Shown here in pieces: positions 32,714 to 42,698 of a DNA stretch of 64,000 nt (within the stretch, counting starts at the first letter, position 1; every line of letters starts with the position of its first letter). The stretch covers positions 64,001 to 128,000 of the forward strand of contig CAVPLM010000014.1 in the NCBI GenBank assembly GCA_963706025.1, written 5' to 3'. The position numbers and the translations under genes were made by a program. Below the pieces are notes generated by a model. The model did not search any database, was not told where the DNA came from, and saw only the letters and a list, made by a program, of their open reading frames with translations. The DNA is from an uncultured Actinomycetes bacterium (GTDB lineage: Bacteria > Actinomycetota > Thermoleophilia > RBG-16-64-13).

Positions 32714-32917
32714 ATGAGTGAAAAGATCAACTGCGGCAAGTGCGACATGCTGCTCTACTTCGGGGAGGAGATCAAGCGCCGTCTCTACATGCGGGCCATC
32801 CCCGACGAGGCGGCGGTATTGGCCGCCTACAACAATGCCTGTCCCCGCTGCGGCAACCCGCTTTCGGAGGATTCCGTGAAGGTCCAGATCAAAAGGCGGC
32901 GCACCCATGGCTCATAA
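32714..32917 (+). CDS. Small zinc-ribbon protein
   Basis: GGAGG RBS; CGKC...CPRC; overlaps the transketolase start. Confidence 0.7.
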   Translation: MSEKINCGKCDMLLYFGEEIKRRLYMRAIPDEAAVLAAYNNACPRCGNPLSEDSVKVQIKRRRTHGS

Positions 32918-33809
32918 CGACGCGCTCATTCTGGAGCTGGAGGCCAGGACGAAGAAGATGACCGACCACTGCCTGACCCAGTTCTGCACCTTCAGCCAGG
33001 GTCACGTGGGCGGGACCATGTCGGTCATGGAGATCATCACCGCTCTCTATTTCCACCACATCAAGTTCGATCCCAAGGATCCCGACTGGCCCGAGCGCGA
33101 TCGGGTGATCATGTCCAAGGCGCACTGCTGCGAGGCCATCTACGCGGCTCTGGTCGAGCTGGGGATGTATCCGGAGGAGACGCTCGGCACGTACTACTGC
33201 TACGGATCGCCCTTCCAGGGGCACGCCGATCGCTGGTGCACTCCCGGTATCGACTTCTCCGGCGGGTCGCTGGGCCAGGGCCTGTCCTTCGCGGCCGGCC
33301 TCGCCCTGGCCGAGAAGCTCAAGATGAAGTTCAACCCGCCCTCGCGGGAGGACACCTTCCTGCCTCGCTACATCGTCCGCTACAACCCGCGCTTCCGCAC
33401 CTATTGCATCATGGGCGACGGCGAGATGCACGAGGGCCAGGTGTGGGAAGCGGCCATGTTCGCTACCAAGTTCAAGCTCGACAACCTGATCGGCATCGTC
33501 GACTACAACAAGTGGTCGCTGGACGGCCCGACCAACGACATCATGCCCATCGAGCCGCTGGTCGACAAATGGCGGGCCTTCGGCTGGACGGTCTACGAGA
33601 TCGACGGGCACGACCTACGCCAGATCCTCGATTCCCTGGACCTGGTGGCCAAGCAGTACGGCGACAACAAACCCAAAGTCATCATCGCCCACACCGTCAA
33701 GGGGCGAGGGGTCTCCAACTGGGAGGAGCTCCACATGCACCTCGGCCGGGGCGAAGAGATGATGAAGGGTGTCCGGGAAGGGAGAGCCAAATATGGCGAC
33801 ATGGAATAG
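32907..33809 (+). CDS. Split transketolase, N-terminal (ThDP-binding) subunit
   Basis: GHVGG, RDRVIMSKAH, QGH, GSLGQG, GDGEMHEGQVWEA...N, HTVKG. Confidence 0.9.
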   Translation: MAHNDALILELEARTKKMTDHCLTQFCTFSQGHVGGTMSVMEIITALYFHHIKFDPKDPDWPERDRVIMSKAHCCEAIYAALVELGMYPEETLGTYYCYGSPFQGHADRWCTPGIDFSGGSLGQGLSFAAGLALAEKLKMKFNPPSREDTFLPRYIVRYNPRFRTYCIMGDGEMHEGQVWEAAMFATKFKLDNLIGIVDYNKWSLDGPTNDIMPIEPLVDKWRAFGWTVYEIDGHDLRQILDSLDLVAKQYGDNKPKVIIAHTVKGRGVSNWEELHMHLGRGEEMMKGVREGRAKYGDME

Positions 33810-34785
33810 GTATGTGGAGATCGGCGAACCCGTCATGACGGGCAAGGGGATCGGCACAGCCATCAAGGCCGCCTTCCTCAAGGACCCCCGCGCTCTCGCC
33901 ATCTTGGAGGATATGCAGTTCCCGGAGATCGAGTGGTTCACCGACAATATGTTCGAGCGCATGATCGAGTGCGGCATCGCCGAACAGAACGGGGCCTGCG
34001 TGGCGGCTGCTCTGGCCTCCGAAGGCTTCGTCCCCGTCATCAACAACTTCCTCTTTGCCAGCATGAGCCGGGCGTACAACCAGATCCGCCAGAGCATCCT
34101 GGTGGACCGGTTCAACGTGAAGTTCATCTCGAGAGAGGGGGTGTGGGGAGAGGTAGGCGTCTCTCACGCCACCATCGAGGGCATTGGCAGCCTGCGCGTC
34201 CTCCCGAACCTGGTGATCATGAACCCGGCCGACGTGGTGGAGGCCCAGAAGGCGACCGAGGCCATGATGCAGTACATCGGACCGGCGATGATCAAGCAGG
34301 AGATGAGCCCCAACCCCTTCAAGATCTTCACAGATGATTACCCCTTCGATATCGGCAAGGCCTACTCGCTGCGGGACGGCAAGGACGCCACCATCATAGC
34401 CACCGGCTACATGGTGACCGAAGCCATCAAAGCGGTCGATCTGCTGGAAAAAGAAGGGCTCGACGTGGGGGTCCTCAACGTCTCCACCCTCAAGCCGATC
34501 GACGAGGAAGCGATAGTCGCGGCGGCCGCCCGCACCGGGGCGATCGTCACCGCCGAGAACTCGAGCGACATCAACGGCTTGGGCGACGCGGTGGCCTGCG
34601 TCCTTTCGGAGAACCTACCGACGCCGCTCGTCAAGGTGGGTGTGGAGGACGAGTTCGGGCAGTCGGGGCTCGTCACCCCCGAGAAGGACGAACTCATGGA
34701 GCACTTCGGCTTGAGCGCCGAAGACCTGGTCGTTTCGGTGAAGGAGTGCATCGAGAAGAAGGAGAGGCTGCGCAAGGGGGCCTGA
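33793..34785 (+). CDS. Split transketolase, C-terminal subunit
   Basis: ECGIAEQN, RAYNQIRQ, LKPID, VTAEN, DEFGQSG. Confidence 0.9.
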   Translation: MATWNRYVEIGEPVMTGKGIGTAIKAAFLKDPRALAILEDMQFPEIEWFTDNMFERMIECGIAEQNGACVAAALASEGFVPVINNFLFASMSRAYNQIRQSILVDRFNVKFISREGVWGEVGVSHATIEGIGSLRVLPNLVIMNPADVVEAQKATEAMMQYIGPAMIKQEMSPNPFKIFTDDYPFDIGKAYSLRDGKDATIIATGYMVTEAIKAVDLLEKEGLDVGVLNVSTLKPIDEEAIVAAAARTGAIVTAENSSDINGLGDAVACVLSENLPTPLVKVGVEDEFGQSGLVTPEKDELMEHFGLSAEDLVVSVKECIEKKERLRKGA

Positions 34786-34820
34786 GGCCCGGTGTGAGCC
34801 CGGGCAGTGGAGCGACATAA

Positions 34821-34840
34821 GTTGGTGACCAGTAACCAAC
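34821..34840. promoter_or_regulatory. Palindromic operator GTTGGT-N8-ACCAAC, copy 2
   Basis: gttggtgaccagtaaccaac upstream of cyclase and transhydroxylase genes; matches 15869-15888. Confidence 0.65.
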
Positions 34841-34877
34841 GAACACACGACCAACGGGCGCTTTGGACTAGGGAGGC

Positions 34878-35636
34878 ATGATGAAAGTCAAGAAGATCGT
34901 CGATCTGAGCCAGCCGTTCGGGCACAACACTCCCCTGTGGCCTTACTTCCCGGACATCAAGATCGAGCGGTTCCACTATCACGCCAAGTCGGGCGTGTTC
35001 ACCCAATGGCTCTGGCACCCCATGCACATCAGCACGCATGCCGACTCCCCGATCCACGTGATCGCGGGCGAGTGGTCGACCGAGCAGATCCCGCTCGACT
35101 ATTACTTCGGCACGGGTGTGGTGGTCGACGTGGGTCCCAAAGGCAGGTGGGAGTTCATCACCGCCGAGGATCTCGAGAAGGCCACGCCCAAGATCGAAAA
35201 GGGCGACATCGTCATCATCCACACCCACATGCACGCCCAGTTCAGCGACAGCAAGGACTATTTCGCCCGTTCGCCGGGTCTGGTGCCCAGCGCAGCCCGC
35301 TGGCTGGTGGAGAAGGGCGTCAAGGCCGTGGGCGTGGATCAGCAGGCACTCGACCACCCGCTGGCCACGGCCATCGGCTACCACGGCCCCGGCCCGCTGC
35401 TTCCCGATGTGGTGGCGGAGTACGAGGCCGAGACCGGCCGCTCCGCCAAAGAAGACTTCCCCGACTGGGAGCCGTGTCACAACATTCTCCTGGGCAACCA
35501 CGTGATGGGCTTCGAGAACGTGGGTGGCGACATCGACGAAGTACTGGGCCAGCGCGTCATCATCGCCGGCTTCCCCATCCGCTGGGTGGGAGGGGATGGC
35601 TCGATGGTCAGGCTGGTCGCGATCATCGAGGAGTGA
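34878..35636 (+). CDS. Cyclase-family metal-dependent hydrolase (kynurenine formamidase-like)
   Basis: DLSQP, HISTHADSPIH, GVD..ALD, H..LL...ENV, GDGSMVR. Confidence 0.88.
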   Translation: MMKVKKIVDLSQPFGHNTPLWPYFPDIKIERFHYHAKSGVFTQWLWHPMHISTHADSPIHVIAGEWSTEQIPLDYYFGTGVVVDVGPKGRWEFITAEDLEKATPKIEKGDIVIIHTHMHAQFSDSKDYFARSPGLVPSAARWLVEKGVKAVGVDQQALDHPLATAIGYHGPGPLLPDVVAEYEAETGRSAKEDFPDWEPCHNILLGNHVMGFENVGGDIDEVLGQRVIIAGFPIRWVGGDGSMVRLVAIIEE

Positions 35637-35779
35637 TCCGGCGATCGTGAGGGCCATCGCTTCTACCGGGGCTGCCGCGGTCACAAAGACCCGACCGGTT
35701 ATCCTGTAAGCTGAGGGTGAGTCGCCCCTTCGGCGAGGGGCGGCGGCGCCGCAAGTCCGACAAAGGGGGACGTCATTCT

Positions 35780-38395
35780 ATGGGATCAGTAGCCAGATAC
35801 ACCAACGGGACGACCGGCGGGCCGGTGTTCGTGGATGTGAAGGACGGCAAGATCCTCCGCATCACGCCCCTCGAGTTCGACGAGACCGATGCCGCCTCGT
35901 GGACCATCCAGGCCAGGGGACGCAGCTTCACGCCGCCTCGCAAGGCCACGGTATCGCCCTGGACGGCCGCGCATCGCTCCACCATCTACTCGCCCAAGCG
36001 CCTCCTCACCCCGCTAAAACGGGTGGACTTCGATCCCAAAGGCGCCCGCAACATCCAGAACCGGGGGACGTCCGGGTACGAACCCATCAGCTGGGACGAA
36101 GCCCTCGATACCGTGGCCGAAGAGATGATCCGGATCCATCGCGAGCTGGGCCCGGCCGCCGTCCTCTCCACCCCTGGATCGCACCACCTGTGGGGCAACG
36201 TGGGCTATCGCCACAGCGCGTATTTCCGCTTCATGAACCTGGTCGGCTTCACCTACGGGGAGCACAATCCCGACAGCTGGGAAGGCTGGCACTGGGGCGC
36301 CATGCACATGTGGGGCAACAGCTTCCGTCTGGGCATCAACGAGCAGTACGGACTACTCGAGGACGCGCTCAAGCACACCGAGCTGATCATCTACTGGTCT
36401 TCCGACCCTGAATCGAGCTGCAACGGGGTCTACGCGGGCCACGAGGGCAATATCCGCCGCAGGTGGTTGAAAGAGCTGGGCGTCAAGATGATCGTCATCG
36501 ACCCCTATCTCAATCACACCCAGGCCCTCCTGGGCGACAAGTGGTTCTCGCCCCGCCTGGGCACCGACGTAGCCATGGGCCTGGCCATAGCCTTCACCTG
36601 GCTGACCGAGGGGACCTACGACAAGGAATATATCGCCGGTCGCACCACCGGCTTCGACGAGTGGAGGGACTACGTCCTCGGCAAGACCGACGGCGTTCCC
36701 AAGACGCCGGAGTGGGCTGAGGCCGAGAGCGGCATCCCCGCCCGCGAGATCCGGGCGCTGGCCCGGGAGTGGGCCGCGAAAAAGACCATGCTCGCGGCCG
36801 GCGGCCCGGGCGGCATGGGCGGCGCCTGCCGGGCCTCGTGGGGCAACGAGTGGGCCCGGACCATGGTGGCCCTCGCGGCCATGCAAGGGCTGGGCAAGCC
36901 GGGCAGCAACATCTGGGGCACCACCAGCGGTGCGCCCGTCGACTGTAGCTTCATGTTCCCCGGCTACGCCGAAGGCGGCATCTCCGGCGACACCAACAAC
37001 TCCGCCGCCGGCTTCCGCTTCGTGAACCGCATGTTCCCCAACGGCGGCGGCCATCAGCAATCCCCAGCACACCACCGAGGGCCAGACCATCCCGCGTCTC
37101 AACATCCCCGAAGCCATGCGCCACGAGAACGTCAAGTGGCGGGGCAAGGGCTTCTGCGGCTCGCACATCGAGAGCCAGTTCCAGAGGTACGAGTATCCGG
37201 CTCAGGGCTATCCCCACGTGGGCATGTACTACCGCTACGGGGGCTCGTTCTTCGGCACCATGACCGAGACCAACCGCTACGTCACCGCCTATACGCGAGG
37301 GGAAGGTGCCCTTCGTCGTCAGCCAGAGCCATCTGGTTCGAGGGCGAGACCAAGTTCGCCGACATCATCCTGCCGGCCTGCACCAACTTCGAGCGCTGGG
37401 ACATCAGCGAGTACGCCAACTGCTCCGGCTACATCGCCGATTCGTATCAGTTCTGCAATCACCGGGTGATCGTGTTCCAGCAGAAATGCATCGAGCCGCT
37501 GGGCGAATCGAAGTCCGACTACGAGATCTTCGCCGAGCTGGCCAAACGGATGGACGTCTACGGCCCCTACAGCATGGGCGGCAAGACCGACCTCGACTGG
37601 GTCAAGGACTACTATCACGCCACCGACATGCCCACGGTCATGAGCTGGGAGGAGTTCGCCAAGAAGGGCTACTACGTGGTGCCGGCTCCGGAGGAGAAGA
37701 GAGCGAAGCCGGGCCTGCGCTGGTTCGCGGAGGGCCGAGCCAAGGACACTCCCGACTGGGGCCCCGCTCCGTGGGACCAGATCAAGGGCGAGGGCCTTCA
37801 GACCCAGAGCGGCAAGATCGAGTTCGTCTCCTCCAGCCTCAAGCGGCTGGAAGCCACCGGCACCGTCGACCCCGAGCGGCCGGTCATGGGACCGCAGTAC
37901 ATCGAGAGCTGGGAGGGCCACCACACCGCCGAGCTCGTACGGCAAGTACCCGCTGCAGATGGTGTCTCCCCATCCGAAGTTCAGCTTCCACACCATGGGC
38001 GACGCCAAGGACAGCTGGATGAACGAGGTCAAGGACAACCGGGTCCTCAAGGACGACGGCAACTACTACTGGATCATGCGGGTGAACAGCAAGGGACGCG
38101 GCCGCGCGCGGCATCGCCGACGGCGACCTCATCCGGGCGTTCAACGACCGGGGCTCGGTCATCCTGGCCGCGCAGGTCACCGAGCGGGTACCGCCGGGGA
38201 CGGTCCATTCCTACGAGTCCTGTGGCGACTACCAGGCGCTCGGCGAGCCGGGCCACTCTCCCGACATCTCAGGTTGCGTGAACATCCTCACGCCCAAGCG
38301 CTACATCACACCCACGTCGACCGCCATGGCCAACAACTCGTGTCTCATCCAGATCGAGAAATGGGACGGCACGATCGAAGGAAGGGGTGGCCTGA
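35780..38395 (+). CDS. athL: Pyrogallol-phloroglucinol transhydroxylase-like molybdoenzyme, large subunit (frameshifted)
   Basis: GGPVFVDVKDGKI, SHHLWGNVGYRHS.YFRFMN, HNPDSWEGWHWG, FPGYAEGGISGD, FADIILPACTNFERWDISE, ANCSGYI, SPHPKFSFHTMGD. These motifs match the Pelobacter acidigallici enzyme as I recall it. Confidence 0.88.
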
Positions 38396-39251
38396 TGAGC
38401 GACCTGCGCCAAGAAGTGGAACATGGTCATCGACGTCGACCGATGCATGGACTGCAACGACTGCTTCCTGGCCGACAAGGACGAGTTCACCGGGAACGAC
38501 TTCCCACCGTATTCGGTCGCCCAGCCCTGGAGCGGTCACCGCTGGATGAACATCATGCGGACGGAGCGGGGCCAGTATCCGCTGGTCCAGGTGGCCTACC
38601 GGCCCACGCCCTGCCTTCACTGCGACGACGCGCCCTGCATCAAAGACTCGCCGGCCGGGACCGTCTACAAGCGCGACGACGGCCTGGTGATCATCGACCC
38701 GGTGAAGGCCGAAGGGCCATCCCGAGATCGTCAAGACCTGTCCCTACGACGTCATCTTCTGGAACGAAGAGGCCCAGGTGGCGCAGAAGTGCACCGGCTG
38801 CGCCCACCTCATGGACGAGGGCTGGAAGGAGACCCGCTGCTCGCAGGTCTGCCCGGCGGAAGCCATCAAGCTGGTGCTGGCCGACGACGCCGAGATGGCC
38901 GCGTTGGTGGCCGCCGAGGGGCTGGAGGTCCTGAGGCCCGGAGCTGGGGGCCAAGCCGCGGGTCTACTACAAGAACCTGTACCTGTTCGACAAGGCGTTC
39001 ATCGCCGGCAACGTGGTCTTCGGCGACACCGACGAGTGCGCGCGAAGGCGCCAAGGCGACCGTGACGCCGGCGGCGGGCAGCAGGTGGGGCGAGGCGACG
39101 GCCAGCAACTACGGCGACTTCTACGTGGACAGCTGGAGCCGGGTGGGGAGTACACGGTGACCGTGGAGGCGCCGGGCTATACCCCGGTAACACAGACCAT
39201 CAAGCTCGAGCAGAGCTTAATATAGGGACGGTGGTGCTGGCCAGGGGCTAG
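38395..39251 (+). CDS. bthL: Transhydroxylase small (Fe-S) subunit with C-terminal beta-sandwich domain, frameshifted
   Basis: MVIDVDRCMDCNDC, GHRWMNI..ERGQYP, YRPTPCLHCDDAPC, AQKCTGCAHL, KPRVYYKNLY, NYGDFY. Confidence 0.86.
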
Positions 39252-39308
39252 CGCATTTGGAAAACCTCGGCGCCCCCCAGGCGGGGATAGGGAGGTTTCA
39301 TCCGCGAC

Positions 39309-39343
39309 CAAAGAGGAGTCCCACGCAAGGGGGCTCCTCTTTG
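39309..39343 (+). terminator. Intrinsic terminator (possibly bidirectional) after bthL
   Basis: caaagaggagtccc-acgcaag-ggggctcctctttg, 14-bp stem with one G-U pair. Confidence 0.75.
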
Positions 39344-39600
39344 TGGTATATGCAGTCACCGCGCACATCTGGCGCCTCGAACCTGATGCCTCAAACAGGA
39401 GCCATGTCAGGGTCGCCAACCCGGGGAGTGAGAAAGCGGGGGGCGATCGAGGCTGACCTTGCCGCCACCGGCAGAATGCCGCCGGCGTTTCCTGTAGTTG
39501 TCACCCCAGTGGGTGAAGTCGCCGAGATGGTGTCCGCCGTCTGCATGGCCTTCGCCGGTGCCGACCTTTCTGGTGAACTGCGGCGGATGTTCAGTCAACC

Positions 39601-39629
39601 TTGACAAAACGCTTCCTACGTAGGATAGT
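39601..39629 (+). promoter_or_regulatory. Putative sigma70 promoter of the amidohydrolase-dpp operon
   Basis: TTGACA-N17-GATAGT. Confidence 0.6.
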
Positions 39630-39630
39630 G

Positions 39631-39668
39631 GAATCGTTCGACGATACAAGTGTATTGACTAATGATAC
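39631..39668. promoter_or_regulatory. Tandem 17-bp operator (GTAT-N9-ATAC-like), putative IclR sites, copy 1
   Basis: gaatcgttcgacgatac and gtattgactaatgatac, 21 bp apart; same arrangement at 54547-54584. Confidence 0.6.
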
Positions 39669-39690
39669 GCTCCTAGGGGGGACCTGGGTC

Positions 39691-40783
39691 ATGCGAGCAG
39701 CAGGCCGTTTCGTCGTAGAAGCTCACGGCCACATCACCACGCTCTACAAGTCCAAAGGGAAGCCCCCGGGTGACTACTTCGGCGGGCTCACCAACAGTTT
39801 CAGCGAAGGCGAAGTGGAGTACTTCGACAACTCGCCGCTCACGCTCTACGACATGGAGCGCTACGGCGTGGACATGGTCCTGCTCAAGCCCAGCCAGGTG
39901 GGCAACACCAACGAGAGCCACGCCGAGCTGGTCGATCGGTACCCGGACAAGTTCCGGGCCTTCTGCTCCGACGGCAAGCTGAGGATCAAGTGCTCCCGGG
40001 GCGAGGCCAAATGGAACCTGGACGACGCCGCCCAGGAGGTCGAGGCCGCTCTCAAGACCGGCAAGTTCATCGGTATCGGGGAGTTCGTCCCCCGGGACAT
40101 GGACGAGAAGAAGGTCTACACCTACGCCGAACGGCTGAACGAGTACCGCACCTTCTGTGAACTCGCCCAGAAGTACGGGGTGTCCATCGACTTCCACGAT
40201 TTTGCCTGGGGCTTCGAGTGGGACTTCTATGCGCTGCTCACCCGGCTGTCCATGGAGTACCCGGACGTCCCCATCATCTTCAACCACGGCGGCTACTCCA
40301 TCGGGTCCTATATAGAGGGGGCCGACGTCGTCCGCAAGGCCTGCGTGGTGGCCGGCCGGGCCATAGGCCCCGGCGGGAGCAACGTCTACCTCGAGACCGG
40401 GTCCTGGCCCGCCGAGTACTACGAGATAGCCCTCAAGGACCCCAACGTCGGCGTCACCCAGCTCATCTGGGGCGGGGACTACGGCCACGTGCCCCAGTAC
40501 ATCCTGGGCAACAAAGGCGGTGATCCGCCCACCTTCTCCACCGCTATGAAGCGTTGGCCGCGGGTACCTACCTACCAGATCGACTGGTGGGGATGGTCGC
40601 TTGCACCAGATCGACCGGCTGCGCGACTGGGTCACCCAGGACGAGATCAACCTGATCCTGGGCGGCAACGCCGCCCGCATCTGGGACCTGCCCGTGCCGC
40701 ACGAGCGCATGTTCATGAGCGGCCGCCCCGACGTCTGGGGCATCCACTGGGAGGAGTCGGTGCCGAAGCCGGACAAGGCCTGA
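39691..40783 (+). CDS. Amidohydrolase-superfamily protein (Amidohydro_2-like), 3' frameshift
   Basis: VEAHGH, GIGE, DFH, IIFNHGG, NVYLETG, WGGDY, ILGGNAAR. Confidence 0.85.
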
Positions 40784-40845
40784 GGTCGGGGCGGGAAGAT
40801 GTCGCCGGCTGAGCCGCAACTACGCAGGGCCGGAGGAGACAGGGA

Positions 40846-41804
40846 ATGATCTCCTACCTCATCCGCAGGGTGGTGCAGGCGATCGCTCGTCGTCCTGCTG
40901 GCCTCGTTCCTGGTGTTCGGCATCATGCACTGGCTGCCCGGCGATCCCATCCTGATCTATGTGACGTCGGACTCGTACAAGCAGTACACCGCCGAAGAGA
41001 TCGAAGAACTTCGTCACCAGTACGGCTTGGACCGGCCCGTGATCGTGCAGTACGTCGATTGGCTCGGCGGCGTCTTCACCGGCGATTTCGGCAAGTCGAT
41101 CACCCGCGGAACGTCGGTCGCCGACGATCTGGCCCGGGCACTACCTGATCACCCTGTACTACGGTCTGACCGCCTTCATCTTCGCCCATCTGATCGGAAT
41201 ACCGCTGGGGATCGTCTGCGCGCTCCGACGAGGGAAGTGGCTGGACAGCATGATCACCGCGCTGGCCAACGTCGGGATGACGCGTGCCCATCTTCTGGCT
41301 GGGGATAATCCTCATCTACGTCTTCAGTCTCAAGCTGGGCTGGCTGCCCGTCGGCGGCTACACGTCCCCCACTGAGGACCTGGCGATGAGTCTGAAGCAA
41401 CTCATCATGCCTGCCTTCTGCCTGGCTCTCGGGCCGCTGGCCGGGTCCACGCGGCAGACGCGTTCGGCCATGCTCGATGTGATCCATCAGGACTAGTGCG
41501 AACGGCCTGGGCAAAGGGACTCAGGGAACGGGCCGTGGTCAGCCGCCACGTGATAAAGAACGGCATCCTGCCGGTGGTCACTCTGTCAGGGATGGCCATC
41601 CCCATGGTGATCGGCGGGTCGGTGCTGGTTGAGAACGTCTTCAGCATCCCCGGTATGGGAAACCTGGCGACCACAGCCCTCTTCAACAAGGACTATGCCG
41701 TCGTCCAAGGAGTCGTCCTCATCGTGGCCATCATCGTCGTCTTCTCGAATCTCCTGGTGGACATCTCCTATGGCTATCTCGACCCCCGAGTGAGGGTGGG
41801 TTGA
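40846..41804 (+). CDS. dppB: Dpp/Opp-type ABC permease B, frameshifted
   Basis: LPGDP, GLDRPVIVQY..W, GDFGKS, PIFWLG, VLVENVFSIPGMG, LDPRVR. Confidence 0.87.
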
Positions 41805-42698
41805 GAGCCGGGGCGGTAATAGCCCCGGGGGCCGCTGCTGCTTCCGCCGGCGAATGAGCACCGGCCGGCTTGGCGGTACATCTTCTCCTCCACCGGGGTC
41901 TCTTCATGTTCGGCGCGGTGGTGATCGTCTTGCTGGTGTTGGTGGCCGTCTTCGCCCCGCTCATTGCTCCCTATGATCCATACGCGCCAGACATGCAGAA
42001 CTCCCTCGCGCCGCCCTCGGCCGACCACTGGCTGGGCACCGATCGCCCTCGGCCGGGATACTCTCAGCCGCCTGATATACGGCTCTCGTACCTCTCTGGT
42101 CGTGGGTCTCAGCGCCGTCGCGGCGGCTCTGATGCTGGGCGGGCTGCTGGGGACTGCAGCCGGCTTCCTTGGCGGCGGGGTTCAGACCGTCATCATGCGG
42201 GTGGTCGACACTCTCATGGCGATACCCATGTTGCTTCTTGCCCTTACCTTGGCTGCAGTCCTCGGCGGCGGCCTGAAGAACGTGGTCATCGCCATCTCCA
42301 TAAGCATGATCCCGCCCTTTGCCCGCCTGATGTGCGCTCAGACTCTGACCATCAAGGAGAGGGACTATGTAGCCTCCCTGCGCAGCATGGGCGCGACGCG
42401 GGCGACGGTGTTCGGCCATGTCATGCCCAACGCCTACCCGGCCGTCCTCGTCTTCGGCACCATGATGATCGGCAGCGCCATCCTGGGTGAGGCCGGTCTC
42501 AGCTACCTCGGTATCGGCATCACTCCACCTGGGGCGGCCTGGGGCGCCATGGTCGCCGCCGGGTTTCCCTACCTGCTCACCAACCCTTGGATGTCGATAG
42601 CTCCCGGGGTCTGCATCATGCTCGTTGTCTTCGCTTTCAACATGGTGGGTGACGGGCTGCGGGACGCGCTCGACCCCCGCCTGAGGGGGACGATGTGA
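41801..42698 (+). CDS. dppC: Dpp/Opp-type ABC permease C, frameshifted
   Basis: IAPYDP, HWLGTD..GRDTLSRLIYGSRTSL, HVMPN, LSYLGIG, GDGLRDALDPR; start uncertain. Confidence 0.87.

Noticed and set aside
35640-35779. Possible Moco/tungsten riboswitch upstream of athL
   Set aside because: Only a GC-rich hairpin (gtcgcccct-tcggcg-aggggcggc) is visible, and I could not find the conserved Moco RNA elements. An Infernal search would settle it.
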